64,000 bases of DNA from Betaproteobacteria bacterium (GTDB lineage Bacteria > Pseudomonadota > Gammaproteobacteria > Burkholderiales > Ga0077523): assembly GCA_025350245.1 (NCBI GenBank), contig JANXYG010000118.1:482-64481 (forward strand). The letters run 5' to 3'. Shown piece after piece: positions 1 through 8,941 of this stretch. The notes beneath the pieces were generated by a model, which worked only from the letters and a program-made list of their open reading frames with translations, did not search any database and had not been told where the DNA came from. Position numbers and translations under genes: made by a program. Each line of letters opens with the position of its first letter. Position 1 is the first letter of the stretch.

Positions 1-1
1 G

Positions 2-915
2 TTATGGCGTTGCTCGGACACGCGGCAGTTGCCGGTGCTACAAATGTTCGACGACGGCTCTTTCATCAGCAGCATCAGCCCCTCGGCAGGCGGCGGCAAA
101 CAAGCGCCCGAGCAAGCCATCACCGTGCGGGTCATCGAGTACACGATGCCAGGCGACGCCCAAGCGCAGCCGCGCTACCGGCTGCTGACCACGCTGCTAG
201 ACGCCAAGGCAGCCCCTGCGCTGGAACTCGCCGCGCTGTACCACCAGCGCTGGGAGGTCGAATCCGTGTTCGACGAACTCAAGACTCACCTGCGGCAAGG
301 CCGCAGGGTGCTACGCAGCAAGACACCGGAGTTGGTGCGCCAGGAGTTCTACGGCTGGGTGCTGGCCCACTACGCGGTGCGCTGGCTGCTGCACCAGGGC
401 GCCGCACGGGAACGACAGCCACATGCCGAGTTGTCCTTCAAAGGCCATGTAGAGCTCCTGCGCCGCTCACAGCCCCGATCCGGGGCCTTTCCCCCCCAGA
501 GCAACCCAGACGCGCGAAACGATGGCTTCGTGAACTGCTTGATGCCAGTACCAAATTGACAGCAACCAGGACGATCAACAAGCGCTCACCCCGAATGGTC
601 AAGCGCCGCAACTCCCCGTACGCCCCGCATGACCGCCGGGAGCCAACTCGCGTACCCATCGACAACACTCCGGTCGCCGCCGCGCCTCGCACACCAACCC
701 GCCGCCCCCGCGCCCGTCGAACGGACTCGCGCCTCTGGTCCGCTGCGAAACCGCACGGCGATTTCTTCTACAGCAACAGTATTTGGTCAGGTCCGGCACT
801 GCAACACCACCGCTCTCTGGCAACGCGCCCGGGGTCGGGCTCTACGGTGCGGCAGCGCCTCCTCTGGCATGACATCGGTCGACTCAGTCTGAGCCACCCG
901 CTGCCTGCGACCTGA
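2..915 (+). pseudogene. IS4-family DDE transposase; 5' part lies beyond the window edge; frameshifted at a C7 run
   Basis: Frame 2 is open from nt 2 and reads ..VRVIEYTMPGD..YRLLTTLLD..ELAALYHQRWEVESVFDELKTHL.. (IS4-type C-terminal catalytic region), then stops at 559. Frame 1 continues from the C7 run (491-497) with PPEQPRRAKRWLRELL..KRSPRMVKRRNSPY, the basic tail usual in these transposases. One extra C would join the frames. The true 3' end and IS terminus cannot be determined by eye. Confidence 0.65.
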
Positions 916-1054
916 ACATCTGATTCAGCGGGGAGTCGTTGATGAAGTCCGCGGGTACATCTGCCTGGTCACCAATGGCAGGTTCCAGGACGCCGCAATA
1001 GTTGCGGACGTAGCACTTTAGTGCTACTTTTTCCATTCGCTTGGAGGACAATGA

Positions 1055-1339
1055 ATGTCTACCACCACGATCCGAATCGAAGATGAGTTGAAGGCGCGCA
1101 TTGCCGCGGCGGCAGAGCGTGCCGGCAAGACCGCTCACGCCTATATTCTCGACGCCATCGCACGGACCGTCGAGCAGGCCGAACTCGATGACGAGTTTCA
1201 CCGACTCGCCGACAAGCGCTGGGCCAACATCCTGGCAACCGGCAGGACGGTGCCGTGGGATCAGGCGAGAAACTATCTGGAGGCTCGCGCCCGCGGCGAG
1301 AGCCCGCGCAGGCCCGCGGCGCGCACACTCAAGGGCTGA
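1055..1339 (+). CDS. Ribbon-helix-helix (CopG/ParD-type) antitoxin
   Basis: 94-aa ORF with ATG at 1055 and a GGAGGA RBS at 1044-1049. The N-terminus TTIRIEDELKARIAAAAERAGKTAHAYILDAI is a typical RHH strand-helix-helix. A ParE-like ORF follows after an 8-nt gap. Confidence 0.75.
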   Translation: MSTTTIRIEDELKARIAAAAERAGKTAHAYILDAIARTVEQAELDDEFHRLADKRWANILATGRTVPWDQARNYLEARARGESPRRPAARTLKG

Positions 1340-1347
1340 CCGCGTGC

Positions 1348-1647
1348 ATGGCTCGAATCGAGCTGGCCTCCGAGGTCTTCGACGACTTCGATCGCTTCTT
1401 CGACTACCTAACCCGGTTCGAGATCGGTTCCGCGCAGGAGCGGATCGTGGAGATCCTGCAGGCCATACAGATCCTCGCCACCAGCCCGCTGATCGGCCGG
1501 CCCGCCGGCGGCGGCAAGCGCGAATTGATCATCGGGCACGCTTCGCGAGGCTATGTGGCGCTGTATCGCTACGTCCCGGACATCGATGTTGCCTTCGTCC
1601 TTGGTGTTCGCGGTCAGCGGGAGTCCGGGTACCAGCGCGACAGTTGA
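1348..1647 (+). CDS. RelE/ParE-superfamily toxin (ParE-like)
   Basis: 99 aa from the internal ATG at 1348 of the 1255..1647 ORF. MARIELASEVFDDFDRFFDYL..PLIGRP..RELIIGHASRGYVALYRYVPDIDVAFVLGVRGQRE matches the ParE-type pattern. It sits directly downstream of the RHH antitoxin. Confidence 0.75.
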   Translation: MARIELASEVFDDFDRFFDYLTRFEIGSAQERIVEILQAIQILATSPLIGRPAGGGKRELIIGHASRGYVALYRYVPDIDVAFVLGVRGQRESGYQRDS

Positions 1648-1691
1648 ACCTTTTGCGCGGGATCCGAGCGGGCGAACCAGGGCAACGACCT

Positions 1692-2027
1692 CTACTCAAA
1701 AACCTCCGCCGGCCGGATGCCGAATGCGCTCCTGTCCACCTTGCCTTCAGGCCGATGGATTTCGAGGCTTCGGGCGCTCGGGACAACAATCCACGCCTCG
1801 GTCGCCCCTGCCGCCAGGTACCCCGACGCCTTTTCGCGGAGCTTGGGCATCGCGTTACCCGGCGAAGCGATCTCGATGCACAGCTCGGGCGCCGCGGAAA
1901 GCGGAGCGTCTTCGGGATGCGCCGCAAGGAACGCGTCGGAGCACCAGGCAACGTCCGGTGCCCGGATTCCCGCTGCCGTCAGGATTCCGACGTCGACCAT
2001 CGCCTTACCACCCGGTTTTCGCATCAA
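1692..2027 (-). pseudogene. Uma2-family (DUF820) endonuclease, 3' two-thirds only; second copy of the gene at 18851..19369
   Basis: The 111 codons align almost residue-for-residue with aa 62-172 of the full-length ORF at 18851..19369 (GGKAMV[DE]VGILTAAGIRAPDVAWCSDAFL..EIHRPEGKVDRSAFGI[RQ]PAEVFE). About a dozen nt differences over ~340 nt. The N-terminal ~61 codons and a real start codon are missing. Confidence 0.85.
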
Positions 2028-2043
2028 CAGGAACGGTATTGGG

Positions 2044-2678
2044 TCAGGTCTTGCCCCGCAACACTGCCGCCTTCATCACCCTCACCCGTGGCCACAACAC
2101 CACGACCCCGATCGCCACGAACAGCCAGGATGCCGGCTCCGGGATAACCGCGATGTGCACCGGCAACGACAGCGACAGCGACAGCGTACTGGGGCTGGGG
2201 CTGTCCGTCACCACCGGCATCCCTGTGGCATCGAGTTCGATCACCGGGTCAGGGGTCACATCGATCGTGACGTTGAAATTCAGGCGGACCGGTGCGCCGT
2301 TCAGCACCCTCAAGGTGCCAATCAGGAAGGTGAGCTCCCCACCGGCGATGACGGTCACCGGTCACGGTGAACGCGCAGGGCTCGGTGTCCAGCGTCGCGG
2401 TCTTGCCGTCGGTCGGAATCCCGTCCTTGAACGACGGCGTGTAGAACTCGGCGCCGTTGTACTTCTGCCGCGTGAGATAGTTGACGCTGGAGATTCGAAA
2501 TCGAGCCACCAGTCCGGACCGCTCCCGGCGTTGTCACGGCTCACCGTGAGCGACTTGAGCCGTCCAAGGTTGTTCGAGGGAATGGCCAGGTAGTTGGCGG
2601 TGTCGCGGTAGGCAGAAGAACCCGCACGGCAGCCACCCACACCACCGCAAACGCGGACCAAACGCGCTTTCTGAACAT
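2044..2678 (-). pseudogene. PEP-CTERM protein gene with at least three frameshifts
   Basis: ATG at 2678 opens a signal peptide (MFRKRVWSAFAVVWVAAVRVLLPTA) that stops after 47 codons. The protein-like sequence then continues in the other two frames (..NYLAIPSNNLGRLKSLTVSRDNAGSGPDWW.. / ..ISSVNYLTRQKYNGAEFYTPSFKDGIPTDGKTATLDTEPCAFTVTGD..). It ends in the 2044..2358 frame with a canonical PEP-CTERM tail, VIPEPASWLFVAIGVVVLWPRVRV. Confidence 0.6.
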
Positions 2679-3099
2679 GCCACCCCCCCGACATCTGCAG
2701 CAAGTGCCGCAGACGCGGCGATCGGGAGGACATTTTCGTTGCCGAGCACTCGTTTATGACGGGATACCAGGCTTCGAATCTGATAAACGTCAAGCTCGTG
2801 GGGTCAACTGCATTCCCATGTTGACAAGTCGACTATCCGGCTTGAAACTTCATCCGTGGGCCATGTTTGGATGTGACATCTGCATACATTTTCTGCTGGT
2901 GAACGTCATACCGGAGGCTGCAATTGTTACGGTCGCACAGACGACTGAGCGACCATATGGTGAATCCGTTGCCACCGGCAACGCTTGGCCGGATTTGCAA
3001 CCAGGGATCGCCCCTGGAACGTGGGCTGTCAGGAATCGGATTCGGACGGATTTCATCACCCTGCTGGTCCATCGTCATTCGCCCCACAAGGAGACAAAG

Positions 3100-4089
3100 T
3101 TGAAAATTTCCAGACGAGAAAAGAACCGCGGGCAGGTCCGCATCTATCCTGCCCTCGCCGGCTTGGCGCTTGCCATGTCATTCGGCACCTCCCCTTCAGC
3201 CATGGCCGGCGGCGGCGGTACCCCCTTTCCCTCCCAGGGCGACGACACCACCTTCTCGCTGGGGCAATTCCGCATCGCCGTGGACGCGAAGTTCCAGCCG
3301 TTTCTCTCTGGTGCGCCGGGCTACGACAGCACCACGCACAGATTGACCAGCCCCCTCCTGTTCGATCCGTCCACCAAAATCGGCCGAAGCAATCCGATCA
3401 TCGCCGGCAGCGCCGATGATCTGCTCGGGACACCCGTCGGATCCGCCGGCACCATCGTCAAGGATTCAGACCATACGCTGGTGCCTGTGGGCTTCGAGAA
3501 CGCCGGCGACACCACCTCGCGGGAAGTGCATACGCAGATCATCGACTTCAACCTGGGCCGGGGCTCGGGCGGGCCGGCAGTGCGCGCCGGTCTGAGCGCA
3601 CCGGATCGTCCGGCGAGCGTCGGCGAGGTCGAATCGCTCAGTACCAGCGGCAAACCCGACAAGGACTTCTCCGCGCGCAGTTTCTTCGACGTGTTCGTCG
3701 ATGTGGATCTGCCCGGCTTTGGCACCCTGTACAACAAAGCCCCTCTCCTGATCGAAAACGATCTGATCACCGGCTTCCCGCCGACCGTCGTCTACATCCA
3801 TGGCGGGACGAGCGCGATCCCGCTGTTGTTCTCGGCCAACGATCCGAACGGACACTGGTTGAAGGACGACCGCTTCGGGTATCTGGTGCTCGCCGGGCAC
3901 GGGGTCGGGTTTGCCCCTGCAGGACATGGGCATGGCGGCGAGCCGGGCGAGGTAGAGTTCGAAACGGAACTGAATCGTCATGGCGAGTTGCCGATCCCGG
4001 TTCCGGAGCCGTCGTCGGCCCTGCTCCTGGGTATCGGCCTGGCTGCCGTCGGCCTCGCCTATGGCAGGAAGCGTTCGCAGCAGGCCTAG
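3100..4089 (+). CDS. PEP-CTERM sorting-domain protein (secreted, exosortase substrate)
   Basis: In-frame TTG at 3100 with an AAGGAG RBS about 7-8 nt upstream (3089-3094). The signal peptide ends ..LALAMSFGTSPSAMA. The C-terminus PVPEPSSALLLGIGLAAVGLAYGRKRSQQA has PEP, a TM helix and a basic cluster. The long upstream part of the 2677..4089 ORF is not protein-like. Confidence 0.8.
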   Translation: MKISRREKNRGQVRIYPALAGLALAMSFGTSPSAMAGGGGTPFPSQGDDTTFSLGQFRIAVDAKFQPFLSGAPGYDSTTHRLTSPLLFDPSTKIGRSNPIIAGSADDLLGTPVGSAGTIVKDSDHTLVPVGFENAGDTTSREVHTQIIDFNLGRGSGGPAVRAGLSAPDRPASVGEVESLSTSGKPDKDFSARSFFDVFVDVDLPGFGTLYNKAPLLIENDLITGFPPTVVYIHGGTSAIPLLFSANDPNGHWLKDDRFGYLVLAGHGVGFAPAGHGHGGEPGEVEFETELNRHGELPIPVPEPSSALLLGIGLAAVGLAYGRKRSQQA

Positions 4090-4112
4090 CCCGCGCGCCG
4101 CGATCCGCCCAA

Positions 4113-4145
4113 GCCCCCGGCGCGTTTCGCGCGGGGCTTTTTCTT
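4113..4145 (+). terminator. Rho-independent terminator after the PEP-CTERM gene
   Basis: GC-rich hairpin gcccc(cg)gcgc-gtttc-gcgcggggc followed by tttttcttg, 24 nt after the stop at 4089. It lies between convergent genes. Confidence 0.6.
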
Positions 4146-4189
4146 GTGGCCCCGCCGCCACGCCGACGCCGCCAGTTGAGAAAGATGGG

Positions 4190-5908
4190 CTAGATGGCGT
4201 TGCCGACCTTCACGCCATCGTGGAATTCGATGTCCTCGAGGCGTCGATGTCGTGTCTCGACACCGAACACGACCATGGCCACGAGCGCGATGGTCATCGA
4301 GATCCCGCCGATGATGGCGATGCCGGCCATCGATGGCGGCGCAATGCCGAACACGACCAGACAAATGATACCGACGCCGCCTGCCTTGCACGCCCCGGCG
4401 TAGAAGCCGGATCCTTTCGCGCGTATCCGGGTCGGGTAGATCTCCGAGCAGTAGACCGACACGACCGCGGTCACCGAATTGATCCCCCAGATCGGGACCA
4501 CCAGCAACCCGTAGAGCAATGCGCGATTGCCCACGATCGCGTCACCCGCCAGCACAAAGCCGAACATGGCAGCCGCAGTGATCGCCGCCAGCAGGACGAT
4601 GGTCTTCTTGCTGCTCCAGAATCCGTACAGCCACGACACCACGAACGTCAACGGAAAGCCGAGCAATGCGGCGTTGCGAAGGATCGTGTCGGCATCGGCC
4701 AGCCCCAGCTTGCGCAGGTTGGTCGGCATCCAGAAATTGAACCCGAACAATATGAAACCGGTGCCGATGCCCAGACTGGCGATGACCAGTGTCAGCGCCA
4801 GATGTGCACGGCTCCAGCGTCGCCACTGGCGCGGAACCGGGTGGTCCGCCTGCCCATCGGGTTGAGCCTGGGTCACCACCGCCGCCCCGTAGCGCCGCAT
4901 CACGGCGCCGGCCTCGTCGATCCGGCCATATGCCAGCAGATACCGAGGAGATTCCGGAATCCAGCGGTTGAGCATGATGAACAGCACGCCGGTGGGCAAG
5001 CCGATCAGCCACAGGATGCGCCAGCTGTAGACCGGCACCAGTTCGGCAGCGATCCAGCTGGTGAGGATGTACGCCCCCGCGATGTCAGCGCCGATCAGTA
5101 CCGACAGCCATCCGCGATGCCGGGCGGGGATGGTTTCGGCAAGCAGCGTATAGGCAATGGGCAACATGCCCCCAACGCCTAGCCCCATCAGGAAACACAT
5201 GGCCACGTTCCAGTAGAAGTCTGGCATGGCCCCGCAAATCGAGGTCGCGATGAAGCTGATCCCGGCGTACAGGATCGAAGCCCTTCTGCCGATCTTGTCG
5301 CCCAGCCATCCCCACACCATGGAACCGATGACCGTGCCGGTGATCCCGGCAAGCGCCAGATAGGCAGCCGGAATGGTCCCCGCCGGATTCAGGGGTGACT
5401 TCAGGCCGTACTCCGCGGTCATGCCGGGAACCACGAAGGCGAGCGAGGTCGGCTTCATGATGTCGATCGTGACGGCCACCGCCATGCTGAGCAGCAGTGC
5501 CACGTGCGCGAAGCTCAACGTCGCGTCGTCGAGGGCAGCCACGCGCAGCGACCGGTCGCCCCTCTTGCCGTCGCCACCGCCCTTCGGGAACAGACCGTAC
5601 AGGCTGACCGCCATCCCCGCGATGATGACGACCATGCCGAGCGTCATCGACCAGTCCATCGGCATGCCGACGAGCCGGTAGCCGTTGTGTCGCCCATGCA
5701 GGTACATCGGCAGGTGCAGCAGCACGCCGGCGATCACGGCGGTCACGCCGATCCAGAAGGCGACGGGGCGATGAAACGTTACGCCACCCAGTTCGCCGGA
5801 TAGGGTCCGAAGACGCCCGAGGGAATCGCGTCGGGTTTCCGGCTTGCGCGTCACGCCATCGACCGGGGGGACCTGCCGTCGCTCAGCATGGCGCACCGTC
5901 GGGCGCAC
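4190..5908 (-). CDS. MFS transporter (putative exporter of the PKS operon)
   Basis: 572-aa ORF with many hydrophobic helices. MFS motif A is GWLGDKIGRRASIL, and there is a sugar-porter-like PESPRYLL. The first codon is GTG at 5908, 6 nt after the UnbU-like stop. The exact start is uncertain (about 60-aa basic N-terminal extension). Confidence 0.8.
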   Translation of the reverse strand: MRPTVRHAERRQVPPVDGVTRKPETRRDSLGRLRTLSGELGGVTFHRPVAFWIGVTAVIAGVLLHLPMYLHGRHNGYRLVGMPMDWSMTLGMVVIIAGMAVSLYGLFPKGGGDGKRGDRSLRVAALDDATLSFAHVALLLSMAVAVTIDIMKPTSLAFVVPGMTAEYGLKSPLNPAGTIPAAYLALAGITGTVIGSMVWGWLGDKIGRRASILYAGISFIATSICGAMPDFYWNVAMCFLMGLGVGGMLPIAYTLLAETIPARHRGWLSVLIGADIAGAYILTSWIAAELVPVYSWRILWLIGLPTGVLFIMLNRWIPESPRYLLAYGRIDEAGAVMRRYGAAVVTQAQPDGQADHPVPRQWRRWSRAHLALTLVIASLGIGTGFILFGFNFWMPTNLRKLGLADADTILRNAALLGFPLTFVVSWLYGFWSSKKTIVLLAAITAAAMFGFVLAGDAIVGNRALLYGLLVVPIWGINSVTAVVSVYCSEIYPTRIRAKGSGFYAGACKAGGVGIICLVVFGIAPPSMAGIAIIGGISMTIALVAMVVFGVETRHRRLEDIEFHDGVKVGNAI

Positions 5909-5914
5909 CGGCCG

Positions 5915-6847
5915 TCACTCCTGCGCCCTCGCCGTCGATCCGATGGCCGGCGTGGCATGGGACGCCTTCGCGAGCCACGAGGTTGCACCGATCAGCGCAC
6001 CGCGGCCAGCGCAGGTGACGCACAGCGAGAAGAACAGGCCGAACACGATGCCGGCGTGCGACATCAACCCGTATACGCTGGCAGTGGCGACGCCGAAGAT
6101 GATCTGCCCCCGTGTGCTGCGCGGCGTCGTGACCGGGTCGCTGATCATGTAGAACGTGAACAGCACGAAAGCCATGCCGCTCATCGGCTCGAGCAGCGTC
6201 GCGAAATCCTGCATCGAGAACAACGAACGCGCCGCCGCCTGTCCGACGAAACCCGCGAGCCAGGCAAGTACCAGGATGATCCGCTTGGTGGCCCGTATGT
6301 TCAGGAAGGAGCCGCTGCACACGATGGCCACCGGGATCACCCAGTCGAGAGCGCCGCTCACATTCTCGGTAAACTGATAGGGCTGTGCCACCCCCACCCA
6401 GTTGCTGAACAGCAGCAGCGTTGCCGCGATCCCGAAGTTGGACGGGTTCATGAAGTGCGTCGTGACGCCCGGCGGCGCGTTCGGCACCGGCACCCGCAAC
6501 AGGACCTTCGAGAAGATCGCGAGCGATGCCGCGAAAGCAACGATCACGAATCGCTCGTTAGTGTAGAGGAGCATGCCTACCGCCAATCCGGTGATGTGGG
6601 CCGGCAGCAGGAACACGACCAGGTGGCGGACACTGCCGCGAAACCGCGCGCGTTGCCAACCGTTGATCGCGAGCTCGATGCCGATTTCAGAAAGATAGGC
6701 CGCGAACACGGCGACCAGCGGCGTGAGCCATGCCTGTTCGAAGCCGAGCCAGGTGTGCCCGAGAACATTGAGCGCCGTGATCGCGATTGCGAAAGGCACT
6801 ATGCCCGGCCGGGGCAACGGCGGTTTGGTGTTCGAGGTCGTGCTCAT
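5915..6847 (-). CDS. UnbU-like polytopic membrane protein (enediyne-cassette E5 type)
   Basis: 310 aa from ATG 6847 (GGGAGAG RBS), inside the spurious 578-aa ORF 5915..7651. About 8-9 hydrophobic helices (..FAIAITALNVLGHTWLGFEQAWLTP..HFMNPSNFGIAATLLLF..FTFYMISDPVTTP..). Its position after the UnbV-like gene matches the conserved cassette. The family call is from recall, not a search. Confidence 0.65.
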   Translation of the reverse strand: MSTTSNTKPPLPRPGIVPFAIAITALNVLGHTWLGFEQAWLTPLVAVFAAYLSEIGIELAINGWQRARFRGSVRHLVVFLLPAHITGLAVGMLLYTNERFVIVAFAASLAIFSKVLLRVPVPNAPPGVTTHFMNPSNFGIAATLLLFSNWVGVAQPYQFTENVSGALDWVIPVAIVCSGSFLNIRATKRIILVLAWLAGFVGQAAARSLFSMQDFATLLEPMSGMAFVLFTFYMISDPVTTPRSTRGQIIFGVATASVYGLMSHAGIVFGLFFSLCVTCAGRGALIGATSWLAKASHATPAIGSTARAQE

Positions 6848-6861
6848 GGACGCTCTCCCGT

Positions 6862-8931
6862 TCAGGGTTGCAGCAATGCAACCACTTGTTGTCCGACGTG
6901 CACCGATTCGAATCGGGCTTCCTTGACACCGGCGCTGCCGGAACGCCACGTGATCAGGAGATCGGCCGTCGTGCCGGCCGGGACACGCCCGAGGCCGATA
7001 TGAATGTCCGGGCTGCGCTTGCCCGAGTGCCCGTTGCCGCCGTCGACCTCGGCCGAGAACACCCGCCCGTCGCTCAATCGGATCGATACCCGGGCGCCCA
7101 GGGCCGGGCGCGACCGGATCCGCACGTCGCTCGCCTCCGCCGCGCTCATGAGGTGCGGTCGCCCACCGGAATCCCCGACCACGAATCGCGGGCTGATGCC
7201 GATGAAGGCGTTCTCGCCGGCGGCGCGCGATGTGTTGTGGTGAAACTCGGGCGCGGCATATTGCCGCGCCTCGATATAGTCGAGACGGCCATCCTGGTCC
7301 GCATCGGCGATGGCCAACCCTCGCGTCGGTGCCGGTGCGCCATGCACCAGATGATGGAGCTGCGGCGAGACGTCGACGAAGCGTCCCGAGGGGCGCATCA
7401 CGAAAAACGGATTGCGGCGCGAGTTGCCGCTCAGGTCGCACCCCAGGCCCGATGTGTCCTGTTCCATGCGGAACCAGGCAGCGGCATGCTTCAACAGGCT
7501 GTCGTTCGAGGTTGCCAGTTCCTGCAACATCGCCCAGCAGCTCTTGCGCCAGACCAATCCGGCGTCGGCATCGCGTCCGCGCACGAACCCCACCGCCTGC
7601 AGGGCCTCGACTTTTCCGTCGTTGTCGAAATCGGCAAGCTTCGCATCCCATGCCCAGCCACTGCGCGACACGCCGTAGGCTTCACTTTCGTCGGAAAACG
7701 GCGCGACGCCCCGCTGCACCAGATCGGTATCGATCTTCCGGCCGTCACTGACGAACAGGAACTGGCTTTCCTGCAGTGCCCACTTCTCGGTGATGTTGCT
7801 CACGTAGATGTCGGGCAGGCCGTCGCCATTCACATCGCCGAAGTCGACGCCCATGCCCTTGAAGGAGTCACGCCCGATGACCTTGGAGCGAGGTTTCGAC
7901 AGGGTGCGCCTGCCCTCGATCATCCGGAACGACACCGGTCCGTCGAGAGGGAAACAGCCGAGTTTCGCGCGCGTGCGGCCGAAACTTTCCTGGGCCCGGG
8001 AGCAGTTCATCAGCATCCGGTCAGGGCCGAAGTCATTGGCGAAGTAGAGGTCCGGAAGGCTGTCGCCGTTCAGGTCCTGGGCGCCGATCGCCAGGGTCCA
8101 GGCGTTCGCTACTTCGGGCGCGAACGGCGCCGGCGCGGCGACGAACAACACCGCCGGCTGCGACCCGCCGGCGGCGGATTTCCACAGGAGGATGCGATTG
8201 GTGCCACCATTGTAGGCGCGCGACATGGAATCCTGCATCACCGGATGCGGGCACACCGGCGCCGTCGTGTTCGCATCGAGGATGCGACCATCGTCGCAAA
8301 AATAGTTGCCGACCACGAGGTCGGCGTGGCCGTCGCCATCGACGTCCGCGAGCAGCGCCGTGTTGGTGAACCATCTCTGCTCGCTCGCGACCGGCACGGC
8401 AACATAGCTGTCCGCACCGGGGCGTTCGCTCGCCGTCGTCGGCCCATGATCGATCCGCAGGAAAGCCACCGGCGGCCGCCCCCAGTAATAGGTGAGCAGA
8501 TCGGCGAGGCCGTCCTCGTTGAGATCGGCGATGAGGCAGCCCATGGGCGCGATGGTGCGCGGATCGGCGGTACCCGCCGGCAACGGCAGCCGGAACGATT
8601 GGTACCGGTCGGTGAGCAGCGCGGCGACCACCACCTGATTGATGCGGGTGTCGACGTAACATGTGTCATCGGGTTTCAGATTGCCGTCCACATCGCCGAT
8701 TGCGGCGGCAGCGCCGACCGACGAAATCCAGGGGCCGATGCGTTGCAGGTCGGGATGCACGTCGCGCGTTTGGCGCGCCGTGAGGCCGAACCGGTTGTCG
8801 AGCGTAGTGCTGCTGAACGAGAACCGTGCCTTCACCTCGGCATCGGACACCGTCTCGCCCGGCAGACCAGCGGCGGCGCCGAGCGAGAACAGGACGGCGA
8901 CGCCTAGAATTCGAGCTCTGAGAACTGACAT
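6862..8931 (-). CDS. UnbV-like / CRTAC1-family secreted FG-GAP repeat protein with a C-terminal ASPIC-UnbV segment
   Basis: 689 aa from ATG 8931 with signal peptide MSVLRARILGVAVLFSLGAAAG. At least 7 FG-GAP/VCBS-type loops: DVDGNLKPDD, DLNEDGLADL, DVDGDGHADLVVGNYF, DLNGDSLPDLYFANDFG, DVNGDGLPDIYVSN, DFDNDGKVE, DADQDGRLDYIE. The C-terminal DGGNGHSGKRSPDIHIGLG resembles the ASPIC/UnbV domain. Confidence 0.75.
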   Translation of the reverse strand: MSVLRARILGVAVLFSLGAAAGLPGETVSDAEVKARFSFSSTTLDNRFGLTARQTRDVHPDLQRIGPWISSVGAAAAIGDVDGNLKPDDTCYVDTRINQVVVAALLTDRYQSFRLPLPAGTADPRTIAPMGCLIADLNEDGLADLLTYYWGRPPVAFLRIDHGPTTASERPGADSYVAVPVASEQRWFTNTALLADVDGDGHADLVVGNYFCDDGRILDANTTAPVCPHPVMQDSMSRAYNGGTNRILLWKSAAGGSQPAVLFVAAPAPFAPEVANAWTLAIGAQDLNGDSLPDLYFANDFGPDRMLMNCSRAQESFGRTRAKLGCFPLDGPVSFRMIEGRRTLSKPRSKVIGRDSFKGMGVDFGDVNGDGLPDIYVSNITEKWALQESQFLFVSDGRKIDTDLVQRGVAPFSDESEAYGVSRSGWAWDAKLADFDNDGKVEALQAVGFVRGRDADAGLVWRKSCWAMLQELATSNDSLLKHAAAWFRMEQDTSGLGCDLSGNSRRNPFFVMRPSGRFVDVSPQLHHLVHGAPAPTRGLAIADADQDGRLDYIEARQYAAPEFHHNTSRAAGENAFIGISPRFVVGDSGGRPHLMSAAEASDVRIRSRPALGARVSIRLSDGRVFSAEVDGGNGHSGKRSPDIHIGLGRVPAGTTADLLITWRSGSAGVKEARFESVHVGQQVVALLQP

Positions 8932-8941
8932 GGTTTTCCGA

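Noticed and set aside
884-1036. Short minus-strand ORF (MEKVALKCYVRNYCGVLEPAIGDQADVPADFINDSPLNQ..) just upstream of the RHH antitoxin gene.
   Set aside because: No family recognised and no clear RBS. It lies in what is probably the IS4 end or the TA promoter region, so the support is insufficient.
2168-2185. Hexamer tandem repeats inside PEP-CTERM genes, considered as phase-variation tracts: gacagc x3 at 2168-2185 and gggaac x3 at 17432-17449.
   Set aside because: The unit length is a multiple of three, so slippage would not switch the frame. There are only three copies. They simply encode the short SLSLSL / GNGNGN low-complexity stretches common in such proteins.
5915-7651. 578-aa ORF that would make the UnbU-like protein much longer and overlap the UnbV-like gene by about 800 nt.
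   Set aside because: The first 268 codons are Arg/Gly-rich and overlap the well-supported UnbV-like frame. A good ATG with a GGGAGAG RBS at 6847 starts the hydrophobic protein just after the UnbV stop.
6787-8907. Very long plus-strand ORFs running antisense to real genes: 6787..8907, 10949..12391, 20399..22426, 25122..27416, 36644..38716, 39247..41031, 43574..44986.
   Set aside because: These are typical high-GC shadow ORFs. Their translations are Arg/Ala/Gly/His-rich with no motifs, while the opposite strand encodes clearly recognisable proteins (UnbV-like, PKS, DnaB, RNase R, HisS, IspG/RodZ, DctM).
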